The position numbers and the translations under genes are program-made. Shown in pieces: positions 9,321 through 18,931 of a stretch of 64,000 bases of DNA. How positions within the stretch are numbered: position 1 is the stretch's first letter; the number at the start of each line of letters is the position of its first letter. The stretch comes from Thermoproteota archaeon (lineage in GTDB: Archaea > Thermoproteota > EX4484-205 > JAAOZP01), in the NCBI GenBank assembly GCA_038861395.1, contig JAWCDE010000002.1:34437-98436 (forward strand). Reading direction: 5' to 3'. The notes under the pieces are model-generated. The model made no database searches, had not been told where the DNA came from, and saw nothing but the letters and a program-made list of their open reading frames with translations.

Positions 9321-9706
9321 CCTGTGTGGACCAGCCTAGCGTTAACAACCCCGTCTGCTCCCGGTTTTGAAGTTACTACCGCATTACCCACCTCCGTCTT
9401 TATCACAGCACCTTTAGTTATCACTTTCATTCTGCTAAACTCTCTGCTAGCAGGATTTTCAACAACGTCCAGAATCCTAGCCCTAACAACCCTGTCTTTT
9501 TCAACCGCAACATTAGCGTAAGCAGCTTGGAGGACTCTGATTTTTACACCTCCACCCCTGACCCTGATCTTCTTAGTCTCATCCTCCTCGCCTATCTTCG
9601 TAAGCGTTGGAGGCCGACCCATCTCATACTTACGCTTACTCCTGTAGGGATTCTTCTTACCACCAGTACTCTTCCTCTTAAACAGGTCTCCATGGTATAC
9701 GGACAA
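9317..9706 (-). CDS. rps8e: 30S ribosomal protein S8e (eS8)
   Basis: GDLFKRKSTGGKKNPYRSKRKYEMGRPPT...IRVRGGGVKIRVL. 129 aa. Confidence 0.9.
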   Translation of the reverse strand: MSVYHGDLFKRKSTGGKKNPYRSKRKYEMGRPPTLTKIGEEDETKKIRVRGGGVKIRVLQAAYANVAVEKDRVVRARILDVVENPASREFSRMKVITKGAVIKTEVGNAVVTSKPGADGVVNARLVHTG

Positions 9707-9883
9707 TTCCGTCTTAGTGTTTTGAAATAACCCTTAAAAACTTATTCCTACACGGTCTCATGAGTCTTATGGATCCAGAGAAGGGTCCTGGGGCATCTGT
9801 ACGTAGAAGCACTGCGTATTTGAGGAGCATGCTGGAAAGGTTGAAACCCCAGGGCTTGGAAAAGGTGGTGGAGAGGTTTAAAG

Positions 9884-12800
9884 TTGTATCTCACCAAGAT
9901 TGAGATTAGGAATTTCAAATCTATAGGAGACCGGCAAGTAATAAACCTGAGCAAAGGGCTGACGGTACTGACGGGTAGAAACGGCTCAGGCAAGTGTGTT
10001 GCACCGTGGATGCCCGTGGCCCAGCCTTGGGGAGGTAGACCTATAGAATCTCTTTTCCATGATGCCTGCTCCGACGGCATAAGGATTAGTGAAGAGACTT
10101 CTGAGTACGTGATTCCCCCTCGGAAAGTGATGCTATTAAGTTACCATGGACGCCTAAACAAGTGTTTAGAAACCAGTGTTAGTACTTTTTTCAGAAAGCC
10201 TTACGACGGCTGGTTAGTGAAACTGGTAACGTTATCAGGTAGGATCGTCGAAGTTACTCCAGAGCATAGAGTAGCAGTAGCTTTTAGCACCGGTTTTAAA
10301 TGGGTTGAAGCATCGCTTCTAACGCCGGATAGTAAAATAATGGTTTTTGAAAACGGGGAGATTAGGATTGATGTCTTAGACAAGGTTGTTAAGAAGCGTT
10401 GGGCAGGCATGGTTTACGATCTCTACGTAAGAAACGTTGGGTCATACATTATTGGAGACGGAGTAATAGTTCATAATAGTAATCTAGTTGACGCAATACG
10501 TTTCGCATTAGGAGAGAATAGCCCTAAGCTACTCAGAACTGATAGGCTTTCCTCCTTGGTCAATGATAACGCTGGGAAAGATGCAGAAGCATATGTGAAA
10601 GTAACCATAGATAACAGCGACTCCGTAATCCCCGGCCAAGATAAGATCATTACTGTAGCGAGAAGAATGGGACGTGACGGGGAGAGCACATACTATATCA
10701 ATGGCAGAAGAGCCCCTAGGAATGTTATTGAAGACATAATCTCTACAGCAGGTCTTTCAGCCAGAGGTTATAATATAATTCTTCAAGGAGAAATATCAAG
10801 ACTTGCAGATAAGAATCCGGTGGAGAGGAGAAGGGAGGTTGAGCAGGCGCTTGGCCTAGCCCAGTACGATGAGAAAAAGATGGAGGCCCTTAACAACCTG
10901 CAGCAAGCAGACAATAATCTTAGGGTTGCACAGGCCAGGCTCCAAGAAATAGATAGGAGGATGCTCCAGTTAGAAAGGGAGAGGAACCTCCTTTTGAGAA
11001 GACGGATGCTTGAGAAGGAGATTGAAAAAGTACAGCTTATAATAGATTCTCTCGAGTACTGGAGGCTCATAAATAAGCTTAACGATGTTTCTAAAAGAAT
11101 TGAAGAAAACAATGCTTTAAAAAACAAGCTTGAAACCGAGCTCTCTGCAATACAATCTGAAAGAAAGAAACTTATGGAAAGAACTGAAGAGTTACTGAAG
11201 GCGGCTCCGGCAATCGGCGATTCTGAGAAGATTAGGCTAGAGTACGAGCTTAAAGATTGTGAAAGACAGCTCAACGAATGTTTGAAAAAGACAGAGGAAG
11301 AAAATCTGGAATTAAACACTATTAAAAAAGAACTAGGGAAAGTTAAGAAGAAGAAAAGCAGGATGCAGGGAAAGATTAAACGATTACTAAAAGTTGCAAG
11401 CAGGATGTCGACAAAATATTCTTCCCTCAACAATCTACTCTCTAGGCTCTCAGAAGAAAAGAAGAGAATGCAAGAAATTGAGAGGAGAAGGGTGGAAGAA
11501 GCTTATCAGATCAGAAGCCAATTAGCCATGGTTGAGAAAGAGTTGGAGAAGACACTTGTAGAAGAAAAGAATGCTGAAAGGATGCTAAAAGATATCCTCA
11601 TTCACTATAATAGTGTTAGAAGGAAAATGAGTAGCCTGAATAGGATGAAAAACAGAGAGAGCGCTAGGAGGATCAGATTAATAGAAAAACTGGATGACCT
11701 TGAAAAATCATTGGCGGAGAGAAGAAAAACACTTGACAACACTATTGAAATGCTTAAAGTCCTTACCGAAAGCATGGACGTGTTCAGAATATTCTTCGCG
11801 AAGGCCTCTGGTGCTTTAAGCTATAGGAATAGGAAAGATAAGGGGAGAATGCTAGAGCTTATGAGAAGAATCTTAGAAGAGAAGGGTTTAAGAGTCTATG
11901 GAATTTTAAGGGAAAATCTCTGGTTCCCTGAGGATGTTAAAAAGGCTGTTGAAAGCCTAGCCGGAGAGTGGATGGACTCCGTTCTAGTTGGGAATTCGCT
12001 AGACATGCTTGTGTTAACGAAACTGTTCAGCGGAGAAACTGCTGGCATAAGAGTATTAACGCCTGAAGGAGAAATCTCAAAAAAGGAAGTGCCCCCTAAG
12101 TTTAATGGACGAGGCACCCACCTAATGGATTTGCTTAAGTATCCTAAGGTTATTGAGAAACATGTTTTAAAAATATTCTGGAATAGTGTTTTGGCAAACA
12201 GTGTTGAAGATGCTTTAGCTTTTGTGAAGAACGGTTTTAAAGCAGTAACTCGAGACGGGCAGGTTTTCACAAACGAAGGCGCGTTAATACCAGATGATAG
12301 TGATAAGGAATTTGAAAACATCCTGAAGTTTATGAAAACCTTCACTGGGAAGGTTGGAGAATTGTCTAAGATGATTGAAACAGTAGAGATGCGCATAAAA
12401 CATTCTTTAAGCAGGAAGATTGTGGAGACAACAGAGTTTCGAAACAAGCTTGAAGGCGAGTTGAATGCTATCGACGCATATATGAGTAGGCTGGAGGAAC
12501 AATTGAATATTCTAGCTAATGAATACTTATCGGCCTCTAGGAAACTTAGCCAAGTTTTTAGAGAACGGAATACTGGCAAAAAGCGTTTGCTTGAAAAAGA
12601 GTTGCAAAGACTAAGGTCTTCGATAACTTTGAAAGAAAAGGAGTTGAGGAATATCCGGAAGAAGATAAGCCTGCTTGAAGAAAATATGGAGAAATTAGAT
12701 AATGAAAAAATGCGAGTTAGAAGAAGCTTAATAGAGATTGAGAACATTGTTAATACACTGCGTAGGAGAATCGAGGAGTGTAGGAATGTTGAGGGAGCAT

Positions 12801-13792
12801 TAGCAAGTAGGATTTTTGCGATTAGGAATGAAATGAGAAGCTCCATAGTTTTAGCAAACGGTCTTAGGAATAAAATAGAATTCTTAAAGGCGGAGATAGG
12901 GGAGGAGGTTGGAGTAGAATACGTGGAGAGTAGGGATAAGAGAAGTGAGCTTGTCGAAGCAATACGTAGACTGGATGAAGAAGCTGAGAGATTAAATTCA
13001 GAGATTAATAGGGTTAAAGACGTTGAGAGGAGGCTTCTAGTAGAGAAAGAAGTTAATGAAAGCAAGGTAGAAGAGCTGAGAAACAGAATTCTGGATCAAC
13101 CACTACGGGTGCCAGAGGAAACTAGAGATTCTGCGGAGAGGTACTTAAGCATTCTTAAGAGCGAGCTTGAAAAAGTCCAGGAAGTAAACATGCTCGCTAT
13201 TAAGCAGTATGAACAGGAGATCGATTTTTATAGGAATGCTTTAGAAAGAATTAACGAGCTGGAGGAAGAGAGGAGAAGCATTCAAGAGTTTATGGAGGAA
13301 ATTGAAAGAAAGAAGAGAGAAGCTTTTCTAGAGGGTTTGAGCAAAATAAACAGTTATTTCTCAACGTTTTTCAACAAGATGACCGGCGGAGAAGGCTGGC
13401 TTCAACCCGAGGACCCTGATAATCCTCTAGAAACAGGTTTGAACGTCTACGTTAAGTTCCCGGGAAAGGAGGCTAGAGTAATAAGTGGAGTAAGCGGGGG
13501 GGAGAAGTCAGTTGCAGCACTCTGCCTAATCTTTGCGATGCAGAAACTTTTCCCGGCAGCATTCTACATTTTCGACGAGCCAGATGCGCATTTAGATTAC
13601 GTCAACATCGATAAGATGACTGACCTCCTTAAGGAAGTCTCTAAGGAGAGTCAGATCATAGTAATATCACTCAGGGATGTTGTCGTCAGCAAGGCGGATA
13701 AGGTTATAGGAGTATACGTTAAGAAGGGATCGTCAAGATTCATGGAGATGCCGGGCGAGAAGGCTCTGGAGGAGATAGCTGTTGCCGGATGA
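9884..13792 (+). CDS. smc: chromosome segregation ATPase SMC, intein-containing precursor (1302 aa; 1141 aa extein)
   Basis: TTG start, MYLTKIEIRNFKSIG. Walker A is split as GRNGSGK / intein / SNLVDAIRFALGE. Long coiled coils and a hinge-like middle segment are present. C-terminal signature SGVSGGEKSVAALCLIFA and Walker B FYIFDEPDAHLD. scpA and scpB follow. Confidence 0.92.
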   Translation: MYLTKIEIRNFKSIGDRQVINLSKGLTVLTGRNGSGKCVAPWMPVAQPWGGRPIESLFHDACSDGIRISEETSEYVIPPRKVMLLSYHGRLNKCLETSVSTFFRKPYDGWLVKLVTLSGRIVEVTPEHRVAVAFSTGFKWVEASLLTPDSKIMVFENGEIRIDVLDKVVKKRWAGMVYDLYVRNVGSYIIGDGVIVHNSNLVDAIRFALGENSPKLLRTDRLSSLVNDNAGKDAEAYVKVTIDNSDSVIPGQDKIITVARRMGRDGESTYYINGRRAPRNVIEDIISTAGLSARGYNIILQGEISRLADKNPVERRREVEQALGLAQYDEKKMEALNNLQQADNNLRVAQARLQEIDRRMLQLERERNLLLRRRMLEKEIEKVQLIIDSLEYWRLINKLNDVSKRIEENNALKNKLETELSAIQSERKKLMERTEELLKAAPAIGDSEKIRLEYELKDCERQLNECLKKTEEENLELNTIKKELGKVKKKKSRMQGKIKRLLKVASRMSTKYSSLNNLLSRLSEEKKRMQEIERRRVEEAYQIRSQLAMVEKELEKTLVEEKNAERMLKDILIHYNSVRRKMSSLNRMKNRESARRIRLIEKLDDLEKSLAERRKTLDNTIEMLKVLTESMDVFRIFFAKASGALSYRNRKDKGRMLELMRRILEEKGLRVYGILRENLWFPEDVKKAVESLAGEWMDSVLVGNSLDMLVLTKLFSGETAGIRVLTPEGEISKKEVPPKFNGRGTHLMDLLKYPKVIEKHVLKIFWNSVLANSVEDALAFVKNGFKAVTRDGQVFTNEGALIPDDSDKEFENILKFMKTFTGKVGELSKMIETVEMRIKHSLSRKIVETTEFRNKLEGELNAIDAYMSRLEEQLNILANEYLSASRKLSQVFRERNTGKKRLLEKELQRLRSSITLKEKELRNIRKKISLLEENMEKLDNEKMRVRRSLIEIENIVNTLRRRIEECRNVEGALASRIFAIRNEMRSSIVLANGLRNKIEFLKAEIGEEVGVEYVESRDKRSELVEAIRRLDEEAERLNSEINRVKDVERRLLVEKEVNESKVEELRNRILDQPLRVPEETRDSAERYLSILKSELEKVQEVNMLAIKQYEQEIDFYRNALERINELEEERRSIQEFMEEIERKKREAFLEGLSKINSYFSTFFNKMTGGEGWLQPEDPDNPLETGLNVYVKFPGKEARVISGVSGGEKSVAALCLIFAMQKLFPAAFYIFDEPDAHLDYVNIDKMTDLLKEVSKESQIIVISLRDVVVSKADKVIGVYVKKGSSRFMEMPGEKALEEIAVAG
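9995..10477 (+). other. mini-intein (161 aa) in the SMC Walker A loop
   Basis: It begins with Cys (TGT 9995) directly after GSGK. Block B is EVTPEHRV, block F-like is VYDLYVRNVGSYIIGDG, and it ends VIVHN (AAT 10475-10477). The +1 residue is Ser of SNLVDAI. No homing-endonuclease-sized insert is present. Confidence 0.85.
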
Positions 13793-14456
13793 AGCTCAGG
13801 AAGCATCTGAAGTAATATTCGACTTAATAAGGCTCAGGAGAGTTAATCCATGGGATATTAAAATATCAAGTGTCTTGAAGCAGTTATCTAAGGAGCTTCG
13901 TGAAAAAGGCTATATGCAATTCACCCTTTCAGGACTACTATTATTAGCGTCTTCCGTAATCTACCTGAGGAAGACAGAGACCCTTCTACATATCGAGCCC
14001 GAGGAGGAGGAAGATTTTGGGGGGGTCGAGGAAGTTCCGGACGTTTCCTTAGAAGCGCTTGATAAAATAAGCCCTTCAAATATTCCCCTTAGACCTTCGC
14101 AGCCCGTTATAGATCTTGAGCAACTGGTTAAAGCACTCCTTCGCATAGTGGAGAAAGAATACTCTAAGAAGCCTGTTGAAGAAGAGCCTTTGCCACCAAT
14201 AGTCCCCCAGCAAGACGAGTTCATGAGAAACATCGAGAAAATGGTCGAGGAGTTTAAGAAGAGCCTTTTCGAGCAGATAGTTAGCCAAGGCAGGGTTCCT
14301 TTGAGAAGCCTGCTTGAAGGAAAACAGCCCCTTGAAGTAGCTAGAACATTCATACTTATACTCTTCGTACTGTCTGAGCCCGGTTTCGATGTTGTTTTCG
14401 AAAACGATGAATGCTACATAGTGACAGAGGATGGTTTCGAAGGAATCGGAGTATAA
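13782..14456 (+). CDS. scpA: segregation and condensation protein A (kleisin)
   Basis: Overlaps the smc stop by 11 nt. N-terminus FDLIRLRRVNPWDIKISSVLKQL...LLLLASSVIYLRK, then an acidic linker. The C-terminal WH is PLEVARTFILILFVLSEPGFDVVFE. Confidence 0.85.
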   Translation: MPDEAQEASEVIFDLIRLRRVNPWDIKISSVLKQLSKELREKGYMQFTLSGLLLLASSVIYLRKTETLLHIEPEEEEDFGGVEEVPDVSLEALDKISPSNIPLRPSQPVIDLEQLVKALLRIVEKEYSKKPVEEEPLPPIVPQQDEFMRNIEKMVEEFKKSLFEQIVSQGRVPLRSLLEGKQPLEVARTFILILFVLSEPGFDVVFENDECYIVTEDGFEGIGV

Positions 14457-14991
14457 AAAGAGGGTTGAGGCAGCACTGTTCGCGTCGGGCAGACCATTGA
14501 ACCTTTTACAACTCAAGTCTGCAGCAGGAGTTAGAAAGGTTGAGAAGGTTGAGAAAGCATTGAGAGAGTTGATTGAAGAATATAGGTTGAGAGATACAAG
14601 TCTTGAAATAGTTGAGATAGGCCGTGAAAACTACATGCTTAGAGTAAAGCCCGAGTATGTTAACTGCGTTAAAAAGCTGGGGGTAAAGCCTATGATCAGC
14701 AGAGCTGGTTTGAAAACTCTGACTCTGATAGGTTTAAAACAGCCGATTGCCCAGTCTAAGATTGTTGCCTTAAGGGGGACGCATGCTTACAAGCAGATCC
14801 GGAAGCTGGTTGAAATGGGGCTTGTCGAAGCAGGCAGGAGTGGAAGAAGCAGGCTACTAAGCCTTACTCCCACTGGTTTAAGCATTTTCGGTGCGCGTAA
14901 TGATGAGGAGCTTAAACAAGCCTTAAGAAGCCGCTTGCAACCAGTGCCTTCTCATGAGCAGAATAGGGAGAATACAGGACAGGTTGAGTAG
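14431..14991 (+). CDS. scpB: segregation and condensation protein B
   Basis: VEAALFASGRPLNLLQLKS and tandem WH pattern. It is the third gene of the smc operon. Confidence 0.85.
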   Translation: MVSKESEYKKRVEAALFASGRPLNLLQLKSAAGVRKVEKVEKALRELIEEYRLRDTSLEIVEIGRENYMLRVKPEYVNCVKKLGVKPMISRAGLKTLTLIGLKQPIAQSKIVALRGTHAYKQIRKLVEMGLVEAGRSGRSRLLSLTPTGLSIFGARNDEELKQALRSRLQPVPSHEQNRENTGQVE

Positions 14992-16000
14992 AACAGGCAT
15001 AGACCTTCTGGCCTTAAGAGAACAGGGAAACATAATATATGCTATTGACTGGGATAAGCCTCTTTCAGGAGTTCTCCTAATACCGAGAAGCGGTGAAGCT
15101 AAGCTTCTGACTAGTCCGCTTGAAAGCGTTAACCTCCCTTCTTCACTAAATGGTGTTAAGGTGGTTAAAGTAGAGAGAGGCGAGAGGCTTCTTAAAGGCT
15201 TTTTGAGAGAAGTGGGAAGAGGCCTCAAATACATTGAGTTCGACTCCATAGATATGGGTGATGCCCTGAAGCTGGAGGAGGAGCTTGGCGTCTTAGTAAA
15301 AACCCGGAGCAAGATTGTAAGCGAGATGCGTATGGTGAAAGATCGTTATGAGATCGAAAAGCTGAAGAAGGCTGCTGAAATAGCGAGTTCAACAGTTGGA
15401 GAAGTGCTTGAAGGCTTGAGGGAGGGGGTCTCTGAAGTCGAATCCGCTTACCAGTATAATTGTACTATTGTACTGAAGGGTGCTTTAAAACCGGCTTTCG
15501 AAACCATAGTGGCTTTCGGAGAAGACTCGTCAAACCCCCATTTCACTCCATCCTCCCGAAGACTACGGAGAGGGGACGTCGTGCTAGTTGACGCTGGAGC
15601 AGATTATTTGAACTATAAGAGTGATTTGACGAGAACTATAGTGTTTAAAGGGGAGGTGGAGAAGAACACGATTAGAGAAATGATTGAAGCAGTTGAGGAG
15701 GCTAAGAAGGCTGCTGAAGGAAAGGCCTTTCCAGGAGTTAAGGTTTGTGAAATAGATGAACGTGCATGCGAAGTGCTTTCGGAATATGGTTTCGACAAAT
15801 ATTTTGCGCACGGGCTTGGGCACGGTGTTGGAATTGATATTCATGAACCTCCTAGTATTGCTCCTTTAAGCAATGAAGAGCTTAAGGAGGGCAACGTTAT
15901 AACCATAGAACCAGGGGTCTACGTACCGGGAGTTGGCGGAGTGAGGATTGAGGATACCTATCTCATAACCGATTCTGGGCCTGTAAAACTCACGTTTTAA
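14954..16000 (+). CDS. M24 family Xaa-Pro aminopeptidase/prolidase
   Basis: Metal-ligand motifs DVVLVDAGADY, HGLGHGVGIDIHEPP and TIEPGVY...GGVRIED. Confidence 0.85.
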   Translation: MSRIGRIQDRLSRTGIDLLALREQGNIIYAIDWDKPLSGVLLIPRSGEAKLLTSPLESVNLPSSLNGVKVVKVERGERLLKGFLREVGRGLKYIEFDSIDMGDALKLEEELGVLVKTRSKIVSEMRMVKDRYEIEKLKKAAEIASSTVGEVLEGLREGVSEVESAYQYNCTIVLKGALKPAFETIVAFGEDSSNPHFTPSSRRLRRGDVVLVDAGADYLNYKSDLTRTIVFKGEVEKNTIREMIEAVEEAKKAAEGKAFPGVKVCEIDERACEVLSEYGFDKYFAHGLGHGVGIDIHEPPSIAPLSNEELKEGNVITIEPGVYVPGVGGVRIEDTYLITDSGPVKLTF

Positions 16001-16800
16001 AGGCCGAATTTCCTCTTTCTCTTCTGGTACGTTCTTATAGCTCTTAGAAGGTCTATCTTCCTGAACTCGGGCCAGTACACATCTATGAAAACGAGCTCGC
16101 TGTAGGCCGACTGCCAGAGAAGAAAATTGCTAAGCCTTTCCTCTCCGGATGTCCTAATTATCAGATCGGGGTCTGGTTCTGGAAGATGAGCAGTATAGAG
16201 CCTGTTTGAAATAGTTTCCTCATTTATTTCTTCGGGATCCAGCAGTTTTCTCGAAACATCGTATGCAATGCTCTTAACCGCATCCACTATTTCAGCCCTG
16301 CCTCCATATGCGAAGGCGATGTTCAAGAAGTGTGATGAGTATTTCTCAGTGTCTTTCTCAATTTTCTCCACGTATTGCATTATGTCGGGCGGAATAAGGT
16401 CTCTTCTGCCGATTACCTTGAAGCGAGTCTGGTTCTCGTGAAGAACCCCATTATTCATTATTTCTACGAGCTTATCCTTAAATAAGTTTAGTAATAATTG
16501 AATCTCCTCGGACGACCTCTTAAGATTTTCTGTAGACAGAACATAGAGTGTGAGAATCTTTATTCCAAGCTCATGACACCATTTAATAACCTCGTCAACC
16601 TTCTTGGCACCAAAAACATGTCCAAGCGATTTATCTAGGCCCTTTAGCTCAGCCCACCTTCTATTACCATCCATGATTATACCTATGTGGTTTGGCATAG
16701 GCAGCTGGCTGACTTGCTTAAGCAGGCTTCTCTCATACAGCCAGATTGAGAGCCTGCTTCTCGAAATCCTTAATGCAATGCTCCCCAGGAATTTTCGCAT
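15997..16800 (-). CDS. uppS: cis-prenyltransferase (undecaprenyl diphosphate synthase family)
   Basis: HIGIIMDGNRRWA and RTSGEERLSNFLLWQSAYSEL. Confidence 0.9.
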   Translation of the reverse strand: MRKFLGSIALRISRSRLSIWLYERSLLKQVSQLPMPNHIGIIMDGNRRWAELKGLDKSLGHVFGAKKVDEVIKWCHELGIKILTLYVLSTENLKRSSEEIQLLLNLFKDKLVEIMNNGVLHENQTRFKVIGRRDLIPPDIMQYVEKIEKDTEKYSSHFLNIAFAYGGRAEIVDAVKSIAYDVSRKLLDPEEINEETISNRLYTAHLPEPDPDLIIRTSGEERLSNFLLWQSAYSELVFIDVYWPEFRKIDLLRAIRTYQKRKRKFGL

Positions 16801-16806
16801 CTGCCC

Positions 16807-17919
16807 TCATTCTTCAACGATGGCTATTTTAAACGTTTTCGAAAGAAAAAGGAGGAATCTTGTAATAAGAAATACAAGAATGTTAACGGAGTACATTAAA
16901 ACTAGCGTGAGTACGCTTACGTATAGCAGAATCCTAAGGTCAAAAGAGGGAATGGATGCAGCTATCCCCAGAGTCTTGATCAATGGAACCAGGGACATAA
17001 GGTTTACCAGTATCGATAGGGAATCGCGAATGCTTGGGATTTTAAACGGATACTTCAACGAGCCGCTTATCAGTATTAGCGCAACTCCTAGGAGAAAGAT
17101 ATCAACTACTTGTGCAATAAACCTCCCTAGAAGAACCATAAACGCCTCATTCTTCTCCATAAAGTAGCCGATGGAAATAGTAAAGAGGACGAGTGCAATT
17201 CCTGTAAATAAAAACAACGTTTTAAAAACCAGCATCATCGGCGGTAGGTTTTCACCGTATATTTGCTTCAGAGCTGAAGAAATCCATTTATCCAAGTCCA
17301 GACCTTTCATTAATATTGCTATTCCAACTATGCTCCAGAAGATTGTGTTAACTTCTTGATATGGTCTGAAATAGCTTAGAATAGTTAAAGATGTTATTAA
17401 TAAGCCTCCAAGCCCAAGAACCCATCTTTTGAACCTTGGGTCAGTGAAAAGCATTTTCAAATACCTTCCGAAAACTATGTATGATTCTTCAATGGCACGA
17501 CTCTGTTTAACAATTACCCTCCTCACCCCTGCTAAGGGGAGTCTAGCCTTTAAAACCGGCTCTATGTCTTCCTCTCCGAAGCCGTCGGTAACGACATATA
17601 CTTCTGAAGGAGGAAACGATTTTGCAACATTCATTATTTCTCCAATCGCTTTCCGAGAGGCTCCTAGCCCCCCATCTTTTAAACCGCTGACAACACAGAC
17701 CTCTGTTAAATAGCCCGGTCTTGAAAAATCCTCTGCAAGCCTTACGGAGGCGAACATAGCGTTTAAGTCAGCTTCTTCAGGATCGGAAAGGGCGAGTTTT
17801 TCAGCTGCTTTCAAAACGTTTTCCCTACCTATTATAGGCGTCTCTAAGCCGGTTTTTCTACCTATGTCATCATCCAGGTCCACGCATATGATTAGGACTC
17901 TTTTCGCACCTTCCTCCAA
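16807..17919 (-). CDS. integral membrane protein, DUF373-like
   Basis: Soluble N-terminal domain VLIICVDLDDDIGRKTG followed by about 6-7 hydrophobic helices. The family name is from memory. Confidence 0.5.
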   Translation of the reverse strand: MEEGAKRVLIICVDLDDDIGRKTGLETPIIGRENVLKAAEKLALSDPEEADLNAMFASVRLAEDFSRPGYLTEVCVVSGLKDGGLGASRKAIGEIMNVAKSFPPSEVYVVTDGFGEEDIEPVLKARLPLAGVRRVIVKQSRAIEESYIVFGRYLKMLFTDPRFKRWVLGLGGLLITSLTILSYFRPYQEVNTIFWSIVGIAILMKGLDLDKWISSALKQIYGENLPPMMLVFKTLFLFTGIALVLFTISIGYFMEKNEAFMVLLGRFIAQVVDIFLLGVALILISGSLKYPFKIPSIRDSLSILVNLMSLVPLIKTLGIAASIPSFDLRILLYVSVLTLVLMYSVNILVFLITRFLLFLSKTFKIAIVEE

Positions 17920-17992
17920 TATGTTCCTGAAAATTTTAATAGTACTCTCATTATTAAAAATTTTCGTATGTATAAAAGTCTAAAACTCCAGG

Positions 17993-18874
17993 TTATCTCC
18001 CTGGAAGCTGGCTGCCCTGTGCTTCTATTAGAGCCTTAAACTCTTCCCAATCCAAGGTTTCGCCACGCTTAAGCTTCTCCTGAGCGTCTAGAGCAAGCTT
18101 ACTCTTTATTGCCTCTTCTATTTTTAGGCGCTTAGCCTGCTCTTCTTGAAGCATCAATATGCGTCTCATCTTAGCGAGGTAGGATTTAGCATCTATCTCA
18201 ACCATTTTCATAAAAAGCTCGTCCTTCTTTTTCCTCGCCTCCTCTATTTCAGCGTCGAGCCTTGATAACTCGTCTCTTTTAATCCTCCTCTCCTCCAGCA
18301 ACTCCTTAATCTTGGCATGGTAAAGATTTGATGTTTCAACAAGCTTTGCTTTCTCACTATTCTTCTGGATAATCATCGACTTTATTTCTTCAATCTTATT
18401 CTCAAAATCCTCCATCTTCTTCCTCATGCTGATGATCGACTCCACTTCCCGCAGCAGCATCCTTGCTCTTTCGATTTCTCTAACCAGCTCAGCCTCCTCC
18501 TTAGGATCCAGATGTTCTGTCGCCAGTCTCCATTCAAGCTTCGATAGTTGCGCCCTAGCCTCCCTCTCGCTTATCCTAATCTTCTTAGAGCGGCCTTTAA
18601 CAACAACCCTCTTTCGCTCGATCTCATCCCTAAGGTTTTTCTCAGAAACCCTTAGCTGAGCTATATCCTCCTTAATCTTCTTAATTTGCTGGTTGATATC
18701 GTTCCTCTTAGCCATGTTCTCGTCTATTTGCTTAGTTATTTCAATAATCTCCCCCTTAAGCCGTTTTCTCCTGTCAATAAGCTCCTTAAGCTTCTCCTTC
18801 TGCCTCCTGAGTTCTCCTTCAATCTGCTTAGCGTAATCCCCGGCTAAGCTCTCAGCTTCTTGGTATGCCGGCAA
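17993..18874 (-). CDS. archaeal coiled-coil protein (COG1340-like)
   Basis: 293 aa, almost entirely K/E/R/L heptad sequence. Size and composition are typical of the conserved archaeal coiled-coil family. Confidence 0.55.
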   Translation of the reverse strand: MPAYQEAESLAGDYAKQIEGELRRQKEKLKELIDRRKRLKGEIIEITKQIDENMAKRNDINQQIKKIKEDIAQLRVSEKNLRDEIERKRVVVKGRSKKIRISEREARAQLSKLEWRLATEHLDPKEEAELVREIERARMLLREVESIISMRKKMEDFENKIEEIKSMIIQKNSEKAKLVETSNLYHAKIKELLEERRIKRDELSRLDAEIEEARKKKDELFMKMVEIDAKSYLAKMRRILMLQEEQAKRLKIEEAIKSKLALDAQEKLKRGETLDWEEFKALIEAQGSQLPGR

Positions 18875-18931
18875 ATCATTGAGGGTTTTACATGATGGTT
18901 TAATAAATTTTCCGGTAGTTGGAAATCGGTT

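Noticed and set aside
9748-10080. 110-aa minus-strand ORF across the eS8-smc intergenic region and the smc 5' end.
   Set aside because: It overlaps the smc start and intein N-terminus, has no recognisable features, and would occupy the divergent promoter region.
10783-13065. Long minus-strand ORFs (216 aa at 10783..11433 and 389 aa at 11896..13065) inside smc.
   Set aside because: They are Ser/Leu/Phe-rich low-complexity mirror images of the K/E/L-rich coiled-coil coding strand. They have no motifs and are fully embedded antisense in a strongly supported gene. The same logic applies to 1558..2601 (+) inside the SMC-like gene.
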